64,000 nt of DNA from Eledone cirrhosa (GCA_964016885.1 OZ024765.1:10044001-10108000); one strand, 5' to 3'. Numbered from the stretch's first letter, positions 13,650 through 28,107 are shown. Notes: generated by a model from the sequence alone, not told the origin. Translations and numbers: made by a program.

Positions 13650-14311
13650 CAGTTGTGCCCCGGTATTTGCGGGGGTTACATTTCTAGACCACCCGCGAAC
13701 AGGTAAAAACCATGAATATTGGACATGGTCCATAAAAATGCCCATAAACGTCAAAATATAACTTAAAATATAATAAAAAAAAGAGGGACCATCTAGTTTG
13801 AAGGGGAGTCCAATAGTCTGGCAAATACAGTATATTTTTATCGATAATTTAGTGTGAAAAAAATATATCACCTTGACCGACCAGTCTGTCGGGCGCCAAT
13901 TGGTGGCACTGGTCACAGCACGTCGTGCTGTTTTAGCCATAAGATAACGCCATCCCACTGGCTGAGCGGGCAGGCCGGTACTCATTTCTACAGCTAAGTA
14001 AACTGGAACAACGTGAAATAAAGTGTCTTGCTCAAGGAAACAACACATCACCTGGTCCGAGAATTGAACTCACAACCTTTCGATTGCAAGCCCAATGCTC
14101 TAACCACTAAGCCATGCGCATTCATGAAAAAAAATATATATATATATATATATATATTGCCATGAAAAAAGCCATAAAAATTGCGGATGATATTTACGAT
14201 TCCACAAATATGCGGGGGTTTCCACAAATATTTATTAGTTAGGGTCTAAGGGAAATCCTGCAGATCACTGGGACTGCAAATACCGAGCCACAAATACACG
14301 GAGGTACGCTG
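13650..14311. mobile_element. Tc1/pogo-type MITE (TA-CAG...CTG-TA) with nested SINE; second copy 23394-24230
   Basis: Two homologous copies, TA target site, degenerate TIRs. Confidence 0.7.
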
Positions 14312-16284
14312 TACTGTATTTCTAATAAAGTGCACTGCCTGTACATCAAATCCTGCTGAGCCTAGCTCTACTTTTCCTCCATTACAGCAGAGGTTCTCAA
14401 ACATTTTGGGGGCCACCACCATCCTCACTGCCACATAATACCCTCAGCGCCCCCAACTCTATTTCCAGAGAGACTTGCTTACATGCAAATTGTAAATAAT
14501 ATATAATAAATAAAATCGCTTATTTATATATAATAAATAATATAATATATACTATGTGTAAATAAATATATATTTTACTATATTTCTATATAATATGTAT
14601 CATTTGATATTCAATATACTATTATATCATCGCTAACGATGTGGGACTGGGTGCTTTTTGTCATGTCACCTACATGACCACTTTACAGTGTGGACTGGGT
14701 GCTTTTTGTCGTGTCACCTACATGGCCCCTTTACAGTGTGTGCTGGGTGCTTTTTGTTGTGTCACCTACATGACCCCTTTACAGTGTGTGCTGGGTGCTT
14801 TTTGCGTGACACCTACATGACCACTTTACAGTGTGGGCTGGGTGCTTTTTGTCATGACACCTACATGGCCTCTTTACAGAGTGGGCTGGGTGCTTTTTGT
14901 TGTGTCACCATCACGATTTAATTGACTTCTGCTTCCCAAATAATTGTTAGCCTTTTGCGTAAAGCATTCTGGCTCACAGCACCAGGAGTTCAAATCCCAA
15001 TAAGATTAACTTTACCTGTCAAACTTTTTAAAATCAATCAATTTAGCACCAATCAATTACTTGGAAAAATTATCTCTCTTTCTCTCTCTCACTCCTATTT
15101 CTATCAATCTCTCTCTCTCTCTCCCTTACTCTAGGTTAAACCGGTCATATCCGTTTAACCCTTTAACCCTTTAGCATTCACATTATTTTATATATACTAT
15201 TATATTTTAATGGTAAATGCTTTACCTCACATAATATCGAATCTATGAGATTTTGAAAGTATTTATCTTGAAAACTATACCTTAACATCAGTTTGAGCGA
15301 CCAGTTATAGCCAGTTTCAACAGAAACAGGTAGAGAATTCTGGCCGGTTTTGGCCAGTTTGAACATTAAAGGGTTAATACTAAAGTTTAATTCTCTCACC
15401 TTTTTCTGTTCAAACCAGCTGTAACCGGCCACTCATGTTAAGGTATGGTTCACAAAATAAATAATATCAAAATCTCATAGGTTCGATATTATGTGAGATA
15501 ATTATGTAAGATAAAGCTTTTACTGTGAAAATACAATAGTATATATAGGATAGGATAAAGATTCCATAACTCCTTGTGGAGTCGTAGAGGCACTGTCATA
15601 TGGCATGCCTAGGGCACATTTAACCCTGGCTGAACCTAACCCTCTCCAGGACTGAACACAGCCGATTTTTTCTACAGAGGAATAATTGACCCCAGTACTG
15701 AACTGGTACTTTTTTATGAACTTCGAAAGGATGAAAGGCAAAGTTGACACTAGTAGGATTTGAACTCAGAGCACGCAATGAGGTGGGATGAATACCATAA
15801 AGCATTCTATCCGACGTCTTAACAATTCTGCCAATTCGCTGCCATATAATACTAAATATAGAATAGGTAAATGCTAAAAGGTTAAACATATGTTACAACC
15901 AAGGGCTTTGTTTCCGGGGTGGGGGTACCAGGGAACAAGTCCCCCTCCACTTTTTCAAACGTCTATATTTTATTTTTTGTTTATTTGATATTATAAATTC
16001 TTTTTAAGCTTATTTCTTTATATCTGAACTTCATTTGAATATATAAAATCTAATTAGCGTAAAATTTTCCTTATGTGATAGGGTCCAGGAAAGGCACCAT
16101 AAGCAATTTATGGTCCTTTAAGAATCAACAAATGTTGGTTTGTCCCCCTCACATTTTTAAGGCAAACAAGGCCCCTGGTTACAACGGCAACCATAAGACT
16201 ACAGCAACAGTTAAGACCTTTTCAGGATACCCTGGAAAGGTCTTATATGAGACCCCTTAAACAAAATGCTTTGATATTTTTCAG

Positions 16285-16383
16285 AATCCACGCATGCACT
16301 TGTACTGGAGAAACGATATAATCCTGGGCTCAAGGAAGTATGTATCTGCCATATAGTAAAACGACTTGGAAATAAAATGCAAT
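16285..16383 (+). CDS. Exon 4 (KSTHALVLEKRYNPGLKEVCICHIVKRLGNKMQ)
   Basis: tttttcAG / GTGAGT, 99 nt, phase 1-1, open frame, CxC motif. Confidence 0.7.
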
Positions 16384-16766
16384 GTGAGTTGAGTGAATAT
16401 AACATACATATATACATACAATCACAGACACATGCATACATATATATATACACATATACATATATGTACAGATACATATGTGTATATATATATTCATTTC
16501 ATTCATTCATTTCATTTTACGTCCGCTTTTTCCCTGCTTGCAAGGGTGGGGCGGGAACTGATTCTGGCTTGATTTCTACAGCTGGATGCCCTTCCTAACA
16601 CCAACCTCATTTACAGTGAGTGGTGGGTGCTTTTTTGCCATGGCACCTCCGTGACCACTTTGTAGTAGACCACATTACAGCTGTGAATGTGAAATAAAGT
16701 GTCTTGCTCAAGGAGACAACACATCACCCGGTCTGAGAATTGAACTCACAACCTTTCGATTGCAAG

Positions 16767-17931
16767 CGTTTAACGTCCATCTTCCACGCTAGCATGGGTT
16801 TGGACGGGAATTGTCCCACTTGAGGCAAGATTGGTTGTCTTGCTCGCATAGGACTATCTGGCGGGTTTTCTACGGCTGGATGCCCTTCCTAACACCAACC
16901 ACGTTTACAGCGTGGACTGGGAGGTTTTTACCGTGTTACCTACACGGCCACATTACAGCGTGGACTGTGTGTTTTTTTTTTGTCATGACACCTACACGAC
17001 CTCATTTATTTAGGACTGGATGTTGTGGTACCAACATAACTTTACAGAGAAAGGGGTGGTGTGGATGGGGTGGGGGTGGTGGGACGGGGGTGTATTTTTG
17101 TTAGAGGTGCCTTCTGACTGTAGGTTTCCCTTTGTACTTAGGTAAGGCGGGTCTTCTGTATTACTGTGTAGCGCCAAAGATCTCGGTCCAGTGACATTGT
17201 CTTGGAGAGGTGTAAGTGTGTGAGGTCGGAATTTATCAAGTCGTCCCAGGTTTTTCTGGGTCTGCCTACTCCGTAGCAACCGTCTATTTTTATCGCCCTG
17301 CACTTTTTTATACAGCTGTCGTCTTTCATGACCATACCAATGTAGTCTTCTCGCAAGTAAACAGCATCTGATCCCTTTTATTCCTAATTTCTCACTTAGT
17401 TCATTTATGCTTTGCCGTTCACGTATATTACTATTACACATCCAACGGAGCATGCAAGCTTCGTTCCTCTCCAGTCTGCGTAGATCCTCTGCACACAATG
17501 CCCAGGTCTCACTGCCATATAACATTGCTGTTCGTATGCAGGCATCATACAGCCTGCCTTTCATTTTTAGAGAGAACCCTTTAGCTGCCAGCAGTGATAT
17601 AAGCTCTCTGAACTCTTTCCATCCTGTTCTGACTCTAGCTACTGTACTTTCGGAGCACCCTCCACCACTGCTGATTTTGTCACCCAGGTAACGGAAGGTG
17701 ACCACTATTTCTATAGAACCATCTGGGCAATGGAATGACCTAGTATTATGTCGGCACTTGCTGCTACTTATTGCACCTGAGCACCGGCCACATATAAAAT
17801 CTATATTCTTAGTTAGCTTACCTGTGATCCCACTACATCTTTTATGCACCCATACTTTGCATTTAGGACATAAAATGGAGTTTCTGCCTACTCCTTTCCT
17901 ACACACTGAGCATGGCCATTTCCCAGATGGG
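16767..17931 (-). mobile_element. RTE-clade LINE 3' fragment with Cys/His finger, thumb region and 3' UTR
   Basis: [49 protein letters not shown]. Confidence 0.88.
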
Positions 17932-18069
17932 ATATATATATACATATATACACATATACATATATGTTTATATTTATATATATATTCATATACATATATA
18001 GATATATATACATATATGTATATGTAAATATATATATTTATATATTCATATACATATATATATATATTC

Positions 18070-18120
<51 letters not shown>

Positions 18121-18698
18121 TCATCATCATTTTATATCCGCTTTTCCCTGCTTATATATACATATATTCATATACATATATATATATATAAATATATATA
18201 CATATATATATCATCATTATCATAATCACCGTTTTACGTCCGTTCTTCCACGCTAGCATGGGTTAGATGGGTTGTCCTGTTGTGGGCAGTGTCCGGTCGG
18301 CTGACCTTGTCTTGCTCATACAGGAACTGATTCTGGCTTGATTTCTACAGCTGGATGCCCTTCCTAACACCAACCTCATTTACAGTGAGTGCTGGGTGTT
18401 TTTTTTTCCCATGGTGCCTACACGTCCACTTTACAGTGTGGGCTGCGTGCTTTTTTGGCATGGCACCTCCACGACCTTTTTGCAATGGTAGGGTGTGGGG
18501 GCATATTGTCTATATGCTTCAGTTTCGTCCTGTACCCAGGGGGGGGGGGGGTCTTCTGTATTACTGCATGACGCCAGAGGTCACAGTCGTGTGTCATCGC
18601 CCTTGAGAGGTGCAATTGGATAAGGTCGGCTTTTATCACCTCAGCCCAGGTTTTCTTGGGTCTCCCCACTCCACGGCTTCCATGACTTCTAATATATA

Positions 18699-19095
18699 TC
18701 TTTATATATATAAAAGCGAGGATGTGTGTGTGTCTGTGTACAATTTTGGATACCTAAGGCTTTTACAATTACCAACCGAATTTGACCAAATTTTATGTGC
18801 ACGTTGCACAGGTCGCTAAGATGGTCACATCACAAAATTTTTCCAATCGACCCACGTTGAGCAATAAAAAATCGATATCAAAATTATCGGTAGCAAAATT
18901 GATGTAAGGGAGATAACCAACTTTATTGACAATCCTTATAAAAAAAAAAGGGAAATAACCAACTTTATTGACAATCCTTATAAAGAAACTGCTTATTTTG
19001 ACAGGTTGGGGACAAATAATGTTCTTCTTCTACTTCCTAGCTGTATATTCTTAGCATAATTTCAAACCCCGAGCAACGCCGGGTAAATCTGCTAG
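18699..19095 (+). mobile_element. Non-autonomous Helitron
   Basis: A|TC start, subterminal hairpin CCCG..CGGG, CTAG|T end. Confidence 0.8.
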
Positions 19096-19138
19096 TATAT
19101 ATACATATATATATATACTTCTTTTTTTTTTCTACTAG

Positions 19139-19255
19139 ATGCAGTGTGCAATCATCCAGTACTGGAAAAAACTATTCCTAAAGGTATAGATACCAGTCAT
19201 GTAGGACTCCACATCTGCCAGAAATCTAAACATATTTTATCCATTGAAACGTTCC
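19139..19255 (+). CDS. Exon 5 ([38 protein letters not shown])
   Basis: Long polypyrimidine tract + tAG, GTGAGT donor, 117 nt, phase 1-1, open frame. Confidence 0.7.
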
Positions 19256-19338
19256 GTGAGTATTCCAGCTAATTGTACATACATATATACATACGCACAT
19301 ATATATATATACACATACACACTCACATACATATGTAT

Positions 19339-19407
<69 letters not shown>

Positions 19408-19472
19408 TACATATATATATGCACATTCACATACACTCACATACATATACATATATACACATACACACATAC

Positions 19473-19524
<52 letters not shown>

Positions 19525-19670
19525 ACACATACATATATATATACACATACACACTCACATACATATGTATACACACATACACACATACATAAAAATATAT
19601 ATATATATATATATATATATAAACACACATACATATATATATACACATACACACTCACATACATATGTAT

Positions 19671-19701
<31 letters not shown>

Positions 19702-19958
19702 CACATACATATATATATATGCACATTCACATACACTCACATACACTCACATACATATACATATATACACATACACACATACATAAATAGATATATATAT
19801 ATATATAAACACACATACATATATATATACACATACACACTCACATACATACGTATACGCACACACACACATACATATATATATATACACACATTCATAT
19901 ATATATGCACATACACATACACTCACATACATATACATATATACACATACACACATAC

Positions 19959-19989
<31 letters not shown>

Positions 19990-20328
19990 AACACACATAC
20001 ATATATATATACACATACACACTCACATACATACGTATACGCACACACACACATACATATATATATATACACACATTCATATATATATGCACATACACAT
20101 ACTCACATACATATATATATACATATATACACATACACATATACATATATATACACACACACATATACATATATATACACACACATATACATATATATAC
20201 ACACTTACATATATATATGCACACACACACTCACATACATATACTTATATATACATATATACACATACACACATACATACACATATATATATATATATAT
20301 ATAAAATCGAAAGATGGTTAAAAGAATG

Positions 20329-20399
20329 TATTTTATTATACGCATTTCAAAAACAAATATCATCATGGGATGATATTTGCGTTCTCATCAGATAAAATA
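20329..20399 (-). ncRNA. Minimal type I hammerhead ribozyme
   Basis: TATTTTAT-CTGATGA-long stem II-GAAA-TGCGTA-TA-ATAAAATA; same family as 48346-48416. Confidence 0.8.
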
Positions 20400-21007
20400 G
20401 GGAGATATGATATGAAGCTTAAAAAACACTTGCCAGCAGTGAAGTGTTAAATCAACATATGAAAAATAAAGTAAGATGGATATATGAGATTGGGGGAAAA
20501 AAGGAAAGGAAAGGGGGAAGGAAAAAGGAAGAGGAAGAAAGAATATAATAAGAAAAAAATATAATAATAAGGAAAGGATGACGGAGGAGGTGTATAAGAA
20601 GGAAGGATGAGAGAGGGGAGAAATGAGTGAGGGAGAGAGAGATAACCTTTAATACTGAAAAACACTCTCTCACAGAGAAAAATAAAAAAAAAAACCGTTG
20701 TAAGATAATACATAATTTAAAAAATTAAGAAATTAAAAGTTAATGAGGTTTATGAATGGTGATGCTTATGATTAAAGAAAAAGGAATTAAGAATACTATT
20801 TATTTAAGGTTTATATATTGCATTGCTTTATTGTGCTACAATAAAACTCACCTCCTACATATATATATATATACGTTATTCCGGGTTGAATCGGAGGTAA
20901 CCACAGTAAGTAAGGTACTCAATACATAGCAGAGTATAACAGTTTTAATATAGATGAGATTCTACAGGACTAGAACTGTTTCATTCATTAGAAATCATGA
21001 GGAATCA

Positions 21008-21056
21008 GATTCCTGATGATTTCTAATGAATGAAACAGTTCTAGTCCTGTAGAATC
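21008..21056 (+). ncRNA. Hammerhead-like motif in a 65-bp-arm palindrome (20942-21072)
   Basis: CTGATGA-TTTC/GAAT-GAAAC-AGTTCTA-GTC; weak stem I. Confidence 0.45.
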
Positions 21057-21069
21057 TCATCTATATTAA

Positions 21070-21128
<59 letters not shown>

Positions 21129-21266
21129 TGCTAGGGAAAGGATCAGGGGTGTATAACACTCCACTTATCCAGCAGGCAGTATGAGGTTAGCTCAATGTCT
21201 GAGGACAGAGCCGTAATATAATAAATAAATAACAAAGAACGCTTATAGCATATGCATATCTTTACT

Positions 21267-21312
21267 TGCTAACATTGTTTCATCCACACTATAAGTGGGA
21301 CTCATCAGAGCA
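21267..21312 (-). ncRNA. Minimal type I hammerhead ribozyme (inverted arm copy)
   Basis: Reverse complement of 21591-21636. Confidence 0.75.
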
Positions 21313-21590
21313 TAAAGGTTAAATTACATACCATACAAGCAATAACAAATCCAAGACATTGAAGAATGAAAGGTAATAATCGTCTATTATAGTTACGTCC
21401 CTTTACGATCTGAGTTCAAATCCCGCCGAGGTTGACTTTGCCTTTCATCCTTACGGGGTCGATAAAATAAAGTACCAGTAATGCACTGGGTAATTGGTGG
21501 CCTTGTGCCTAAAGTAGAAACAATTATTACCTTTCATTCTTCAATGTCTTGGATTTGTTATTGCTTGTATGGTATGTAATTTAACCTTTA

Positions 21591-21636
21591 TGCTCTGATG
21601 AGTCCCACTTATAGTGTGGATGAAACAATGTTAGCA
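21591..21636 (+). ncRNA. Minimal type I hammerhead ribozyme
   Basis: TGCT-CTGATGA-GTCCCAC/GTGTGGAT-GAAAC-AAT-GTT-AGCA. Confidence 0.78.
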
Positions 21637-21698
21637 AGTAAAGATATGCATATGCTATAAGCGTTCTTTGTTATTTATTTATTATATTTATTATTTAT

Positions 21699-21738
<40 letters not shown>

Positions 21739-21780
21739 ATTCAAAATATTAACAAAAATAGACATTCGTGTGATCAAGTA

Positions 21781-21847
21781 TATTTTATTATATATATTTC
21801 AGAGGTACTGAGTTATCTTCAACAGTACGTCCTCATCAGATAAAATA
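21781..21847 (-). ncRNA. Minimal type I hammerhead ribozyme
   Basis: TATTTTAT-CTGATGA-(GTACTG/CAGTAC)-GAAA-TATATA-TA-ATAAAATA. Confidence 0.8.
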
Positions 21848-21951
21848 AGATGATGCATGACATACCCTGACTAAGTAGAAATCTATTGTAAAACTTTATT
21901 CTTTGATTTATTCATTGAACCTTGTTTAACCTTTAAATATATATATATATA

Positions 21952-22140
21952 TAACAAAGGAATTGTGGTAAGGAACGAGATGGACCATAACGCACCAGAG
22001 TACTCAATACTTAGGGTAGTAGAGTGGGAAATAGGAAAAAGTATGACCCCGACGGCAGAGCTCAAGCCGTTTCGACGACTATTTCTAGAACTAGCCGTCG
22101 AAACGGCTTGAGCTCTGCCGTCGGGGTCATACTTTTTCCT
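21952..22140 (-). mobile_element. Palindromic half-hammerhead element, copy 3
   Basis: Hairpin centred ~22086, (TA)n on both sides. Confidence 0.75.
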
Positions 22141-22812
22141 CTATATATATATATATATAATTAGGTAGTAACATGTGCTTACGCCGTACTTGACTAAATA
22201 AAATTAGTCTGTTAGTTGGGATTTTACAAAAATTGATGTACATGGAATATGAGTCCACATCTTTGGTAACACATTGGTCCGGCAACCCAAAGCTATCATG
22301 TCCCATGTACGTCAATACTCATCTTTTTTTCCATTCAGAGGGTTTTTTAAATTCCCAACTAACAAACTAATTCTATTTACACACCACACCATATCAGACA
22401 TTATACCACACCACACTACACTATATCACACCACACTACACCACACTACACTTCACACCACACCACACTACACCACACCACACCACACCACACTACACCA
22501 CACTTCACCACACCACACTACACTACACTACACCACACCACACCACACCACACTACACTACACCACACTACACTATATCACACCACACTACACCACACTA
22601 CACTCCACACCACATCACACTACACTACACCACACCACACTACACCACACTACACTATATCACACCACACTTCACCACACTACACCACACCACACTACAC
22701 TACACTACACTACACCACACCATACCATTTCATATTTTCACGAAATATGTTGGTGAAATTTTCTCTCCTTATCTATTTTTTCAGCATGTGATTCTTCTTT
22801 TCTATTTTGCAG

Positions 22813-22857
22813 CGAATCAGAAATATCAAGATGTATGTTATAGCGGCAGCACAACAG
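22813..22857 (+). CDS. Exon 6, short (NQKYQDVCYSGSTT)
   Basis: ttttgcAG / CAG|GTAAGT, 45 nt, phase 1-1. Confidence 0.75.
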
Positions 22858-22867
22858 GTAAGTCTAC

Positions 22868-23110
22868 CTTTTAGCATTGAAACCAGCTGTATCCGGTTTA
22901 ACACTTTAGCCTTTAAACCAGCTGTATCTGGTTTAGCCCTTTAGCATTGAAACCGGCTGTATCTGGTTTAGCCCTTTAGCATTTAAACCGGCTGTATCTG
23001 GTTTAGCCCTTTAGCATTGAAACCGGCTGTATCTGGTTTAGCCCTTTAGCATTGAAACCGGCTGTATCTGGTTTAGCCCTTTAGCATTTAAACCGACTGT
23101 GTCCAGTTTA
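22868..23110. repeat. 33-bp minisatellite resembling the TTAA-MITE end
   Basis: CCCTTTAGCATTKAAACCGGCTGTATCTGGTTTAG repeats. Confidence 0.9.
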
Positions 23111-24601
23111 CTTACGTTTATGTATGGATGTATGGTCCCATAACTTCTGATAGAGTTGTAGGGGTGTCATATTGACATGGCATTTCTTGGGTATTTTTAG
23201 CCTGGCGGAGCCCATCCATCTCCAGACCTGAGTACAGCAGATTTCAGATTTCTTCTAGAGAGAGGAAAAAATCAAGCCCAGTACTAGACTGGTGGAGTCC
23301 ATCCCTTTCCATCTGTAAAACATGACGGGAAGTCTTGCAAGGCTTACTAGCTCTATGTATGTAAGTATGTGTATGCATATATATAAGTATGTACAGTTGT
23401 CCCCCGGTATTCGCAAGAGTTCCTAGAGCACCCACAAAGAGTGAAAGACCCCAAATATAGGACATGGTCCATAAAAATGCCTATAAATGTCAAAATATAA
23501 CGTAAAATATAATTTTAAAATGTCGGGAGCATCTTATGCGAAGGGGCGTCTAATAGGCCAGCAAATATGGTATATCTAAACTATAATAAAGTAAGGAGCG
23601 CGGGACTGTATGGTTTATAATTTTTTATCCCATTAGTAAAATAAGTTGGATTACTTTGAATAATAAATGAATGAATATTACATAATTTATCTACTAAATT
23701 TCGTAGCTGTTGATTAAATATATTTTGTTTATTTAAAGATTCACTTCTTTAAAATTTCTGAAATGTCAACACTTCCGGTTGGTCATCGCTTAAATAAACA
23801 TACTAATTTTCTGTCACTAATTTTCTCCTAATGTAGTTTATATATAATATCGTCTTTTTTAATGTATCATGGATTACGTTACTGATTACATAAGACAGTG
23901 TAACACAGTCTTCATTCAATTTCTATGTATCATATATTGTCAATTACGATTTTATTTGATGTATATCTACATGTATATATACCTGCGTATAATATCAATA
24001 TACACACTACACATGCTAGCAGAAAACCACACGAAGGATGGTTTTTCTGCTACTTGTTATGAATAATTTAGCATTAAAAAACTATATATTGCCAAGAAAA
24101 CTGCCATTAAAATATTATGGAAGATATTTACTATTCCATGAATAAGCAGTGGTTTCCACAAACAATTATTAGTTAGGTCCTAAGAAAAATTCTGCGAATA
24201 ACTGGGACAGCAAATGTGGGGTGTACACTGTAAAGTTTACAAAAAGCTTCAATTTTTATTGTCGCCTTATATATATATATATAATAAGAACAAAGTATGT
24301 AACAGCTCTACTTTGTCCTTATTATATACACTCTGCGGTGAATTGACAGTATCGGTAAAGGGTTGGACGCCATGCTTTCTAGCATAGTTACGTCCCTTTA
24401 CAGTCTGAGTTCAAATCCCGTCGAGGTTAACTTTGCCTTTCATCCTTACGGAGTGGATAAAATAAAGTACCAGTAATGTACTGGGTAATTGCTGGCCTTG
24501 TGCCAAAAGTAGAAACAATTATATACACTCTGCTTTGCATCGAGTGCTGACATTGGTACTCTGGTACTCTCACCAATTTTCTCTGGATTTACTGAACCTT
24601 T

Positions 24602-24649
<48 letters not shown>

Positions 24650-24652
<3 letters not shown>

Positions 24653-25195
24653 TGGCTGCCAACTCGTTTTCGAGTATGGCCACTACTTTATATCCATGTA
24701 GGAGAACCCCTACCGATGCACTGAACGAGTGTGACTTTTTAGTCCAGCCAGCGACTTGAAAACTCTGGTACAAACACTACACTTGTGACAATTATTGACA
24801 CATAGTGCTGGGCCCATGGTACCATGTGACGACAAGTGCAGAGATCTCTAGATATAAAGCAATGCCTGTGTCGTGAAGCTTTTATAGTGGACAAAGGCAC
24901 TGCACAAAGCCAGTCCCACTCTCTTAACCGAAGATGATTTTACCAAAAAGAAGAACAAGTCAACATCATTGGATACCATCAGGGTTGCAGGTGTTATATC
25001 AGAGTTTTCCTTCTCCTACAATTCTGCCTTAACAAAGGCTAAGGGGTCATCTCTCCCGGTGATTTTGGATGGCCAATGACTCTTAAGAGCTCCTTTGCCC
25101 TTTGACAGGTTTTGTTTTTAGTCCTGCAGGATGTCCAAAGCCACCCTCCTCACCAAGAAACCTTGGTGGGGTTGCCAGTTTAGTCGCCAACGACC

Positions 25196-25197
<2 letters not shown>
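24650..25197 (-). mobile_element. Non-autonomous LINE derivative with C-terminal C2H2 finger; 3' parts also at 11390-11602 (+) and 47731-48030 (-)
   Basis: [22 protein letters not shown]; three copies share the 3' end GGCAGCCACCAT abutting TA-rich repeats. Confidence 0.7.
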
Positions 25198-25283
<86 letters not shown>

Positions 25284-25759
25284 GTAGTCATGGTAGTAGC
25301 AGCTGCTGTTACTACCATGACTACACCTCTCTCTATTCTCTATATACACAAGATTCCATTTTTCCAGTCTCCTTCTCAACAAGTAAAATGAAATAAACTT
25401 ACCTCAACACTTAATTTTAAATCTTTAATTTTTAATTTTTAATTCGTATTAATTCTTTTTAATTGTAATACTCAACATTTGATAATTTTACTAATACATC
25501 AAAACCAGTTATACTTTATATACTTTATATACTTTATAAAACTCTTTTTTAAAAGAATTGTCCCTCTCATTTTTTCAATAATGTCACTTTGACGAATCAA
25601 AGAAAGGAAAAAAAATAAAAAAAGATCCTTAAATATATTTTCCGTGCTATAACCTTTTATCTATATCCACTGTTTTGTATAGAACCTCCCTTCCCTTTTC
25701 CTATATATATATAAATGCATGCATATGTATGTTTGTGCGTTTATTTATGTCTATTACAG

Positions 25760-25894
25760 GGTGCAGATATAAAGGCATCTTGGTAAAAGTCGGACTCATA
25801 CCAGCCACCTCCTGTGTTTGTCAACAAGATGGGAGTGTGCGTTGTTTGAAAAAAGAAGATATGTGTCTGTTACCAAAAGCGGCACCAGTTGTCG
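25760..25894 (+). CDS. Exon 7, Cys module (GCRYKGILVKVGLIPATSCVCQQDGSVRCLKKEDMCLLPKAAPVV)
   Basis: ttacAG / GTAAGT, 135 nt, phase 1-1; CxYxG..G..CxC...G.V.C motif. Confidence 0.88.
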
Positions 25895-26299
25895 GTAAGT
25901 AAACTCTTTCAAATTCTTTGTATTTCTTCTCATTCTTCTTTTTCTTCTTCGCCCACTTATTCCTGAGAGGGTCGTGAGGGCAGAGTGCTCAAACTCTCCT
26001 TCCAGCAGGTCCTGTCAGAAGCAATCATCTTCAACTGATCCGGCTGGATCAGTTGGAGATTAATTTTTTTAATTTATGTTTTTGTAACTTCACATCGCCA
26101 GGATGAAGCTCTAATGGCTGAAACGTGTTAGTTTTATAGTATTTTGACTCTTTGGGGTTTCTTAATCTTAATATATCAGCTCTACGTGAACCCCATTGCA
26201 TCAAGCTTTAAACCCTCTGGTAAAGTTTATACCCAATAATAGCAACACTGTTATTATTATTAATATTATCTATCTATCTATCGACGAGGGTTAACTTTG

Positions 26300-26332
<33 letters not shown>

Positions 26333-26335
<3 letters not shown>

Positions 26336-27255
26336 TCATCATCGTTTAACGTCCATATTCCACGCTAGCATGGGTTAGATGGGAGTTGTCCCACTTGAGG
26401 CAACGTTGGTCGGGTGACCGTGTCTCGCTCATATAGGACTCTCTGGCAGGTTTTCTACGGCTGGATGCCCTTCCTAACACCAACCACATTTACAGTGTGG
26501 AACTGGGAGGTTTTTACCGTGTTACCTACACAGCCACATTACAGCGTGGACTGTGTATTTTTTTGTCGTGACACCTACACGACCTCATTTGTTTCGGCCT
26601 GGATGTTGTGGTACCAACATAACTTTACATTGAAAGGGTCGGTGTGGATAGGGTGGGGGGTAGTGGGACGGGGGTGTATTTTGTTAGAGGTGCCTACTAA
26701 CTGTAGTAGGTTTTACTTTGTATTTAGGTAAGGCGGGTCTTCTCTATTACTGTGTACCGCCAAAGATCTCGGTCCAGTGACATTGTCTTGGAGAGGTGTA
26801 AGTGTGTGAGGTCGGAATTTATCAAGTCGTCCCAGGTTTTTCTGGGTCTGCCTACACACTTACACCTCTCCAAGACAATGTCACTGGACCGAGACCTTTG
26901 GCGGTACTCAGTAATAGAGAAGACCCGCCTTACCTAAATACAAAGTAAAACCTACTACAGTCAGTAGGCATCTCTAACAAAATACACCCCCGTCCCACCA
27001 CCCCCACCCCATCCACACCGACCCTTTCAATGTAAAGTTATGTTGGTACCACAACATCTAGGCCGAAACAAATGAGATCATGTAGGTGTCACGACAAAAA
27101 ACACACAGTCCACGCTGTAATGTGGCCGTGTAAGCAACACGGTAAAAACCCACCAGACAGTCCTATGCGAGCAATGACAACCACTCTTGCCTCAAGTGGG
27201 AAAACTCCCGTCCAAACCCATGCAAGCGTGGAATATGGACGTTAAACGATGATGA

Positions 27256-27258
<3 letters not shown>
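26333..27258. mobile_element. Two RTE 3' ends joined as an inverted pair with tails pointing outward
   Basis: Left copy (-) and right copy (+) meet at ~26853. Confidence 0.8.
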
Positions 27259-27322
<64 letters not shown>

Positions 27323-27347
27323 CATGTGTGTGTATATATATACACAC

Positions 27348-27391
<44 letters not shown>

Positions 27392-27442
27392 GTATATATA
27401 TATATATATATATACACACATGTATATATATATACACACATG

Positions 27443-27476
<34 letters not shown>

Positions 27477-27478
27477 TG

Positions 27479-27511
<33 letters not shown>

Positions 27512-27584
27512 GTATATATATATACACACATGTATATATATATATATATATACACACATGTATATATATATATATACACACATG

Positions 27585-27617
<33 letters not shown>

Positions 27618-27647
27618 GTATGTATATATATATATATATATACACAC

Positions 27648-27767
<120 letters not shown>

Positions 27768-27816
27768 ATATATATATATATATACACACATGTATATATA
27801 TATATATACACACATG

Positions 27817-27849
<33 letters not shown>

Positions 27850-27930
27850 GTATATATATATATATACACACATGTATATATATATATATATATACACACA
27901 TGTATATATATATATATATATACACACATG

Positions 27931-28019
<89 letters not shown>

Positions 28020-28050
28020 GTATATACACCTGTTCTTTTTTTTCTTCCAG

Positions 28051-28107
28051 TCACTGAACCTCCTCCTCCCGTTCTCACCAGACCAAAGTGTCATCCTTTT
28101 CCACCGC
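28051..28107 (+). CDS. Exon 8, Pro-rich linker ([19 protein letters not shown])
   Basis: Strong polypyrimidine + cAG, GTAATA donor (same as module exons), 57 nt, phase 1-1; a unique island between two microsatellites. Confidence 0.7.

Noticed and set aside
16285-16337. Shorter exon 4 using the GTATGT donor at 16338
   Set aside because: It would break phase; the GTGAGT donor at 16384 keeps phase 1-1 and includes the CxC motif.
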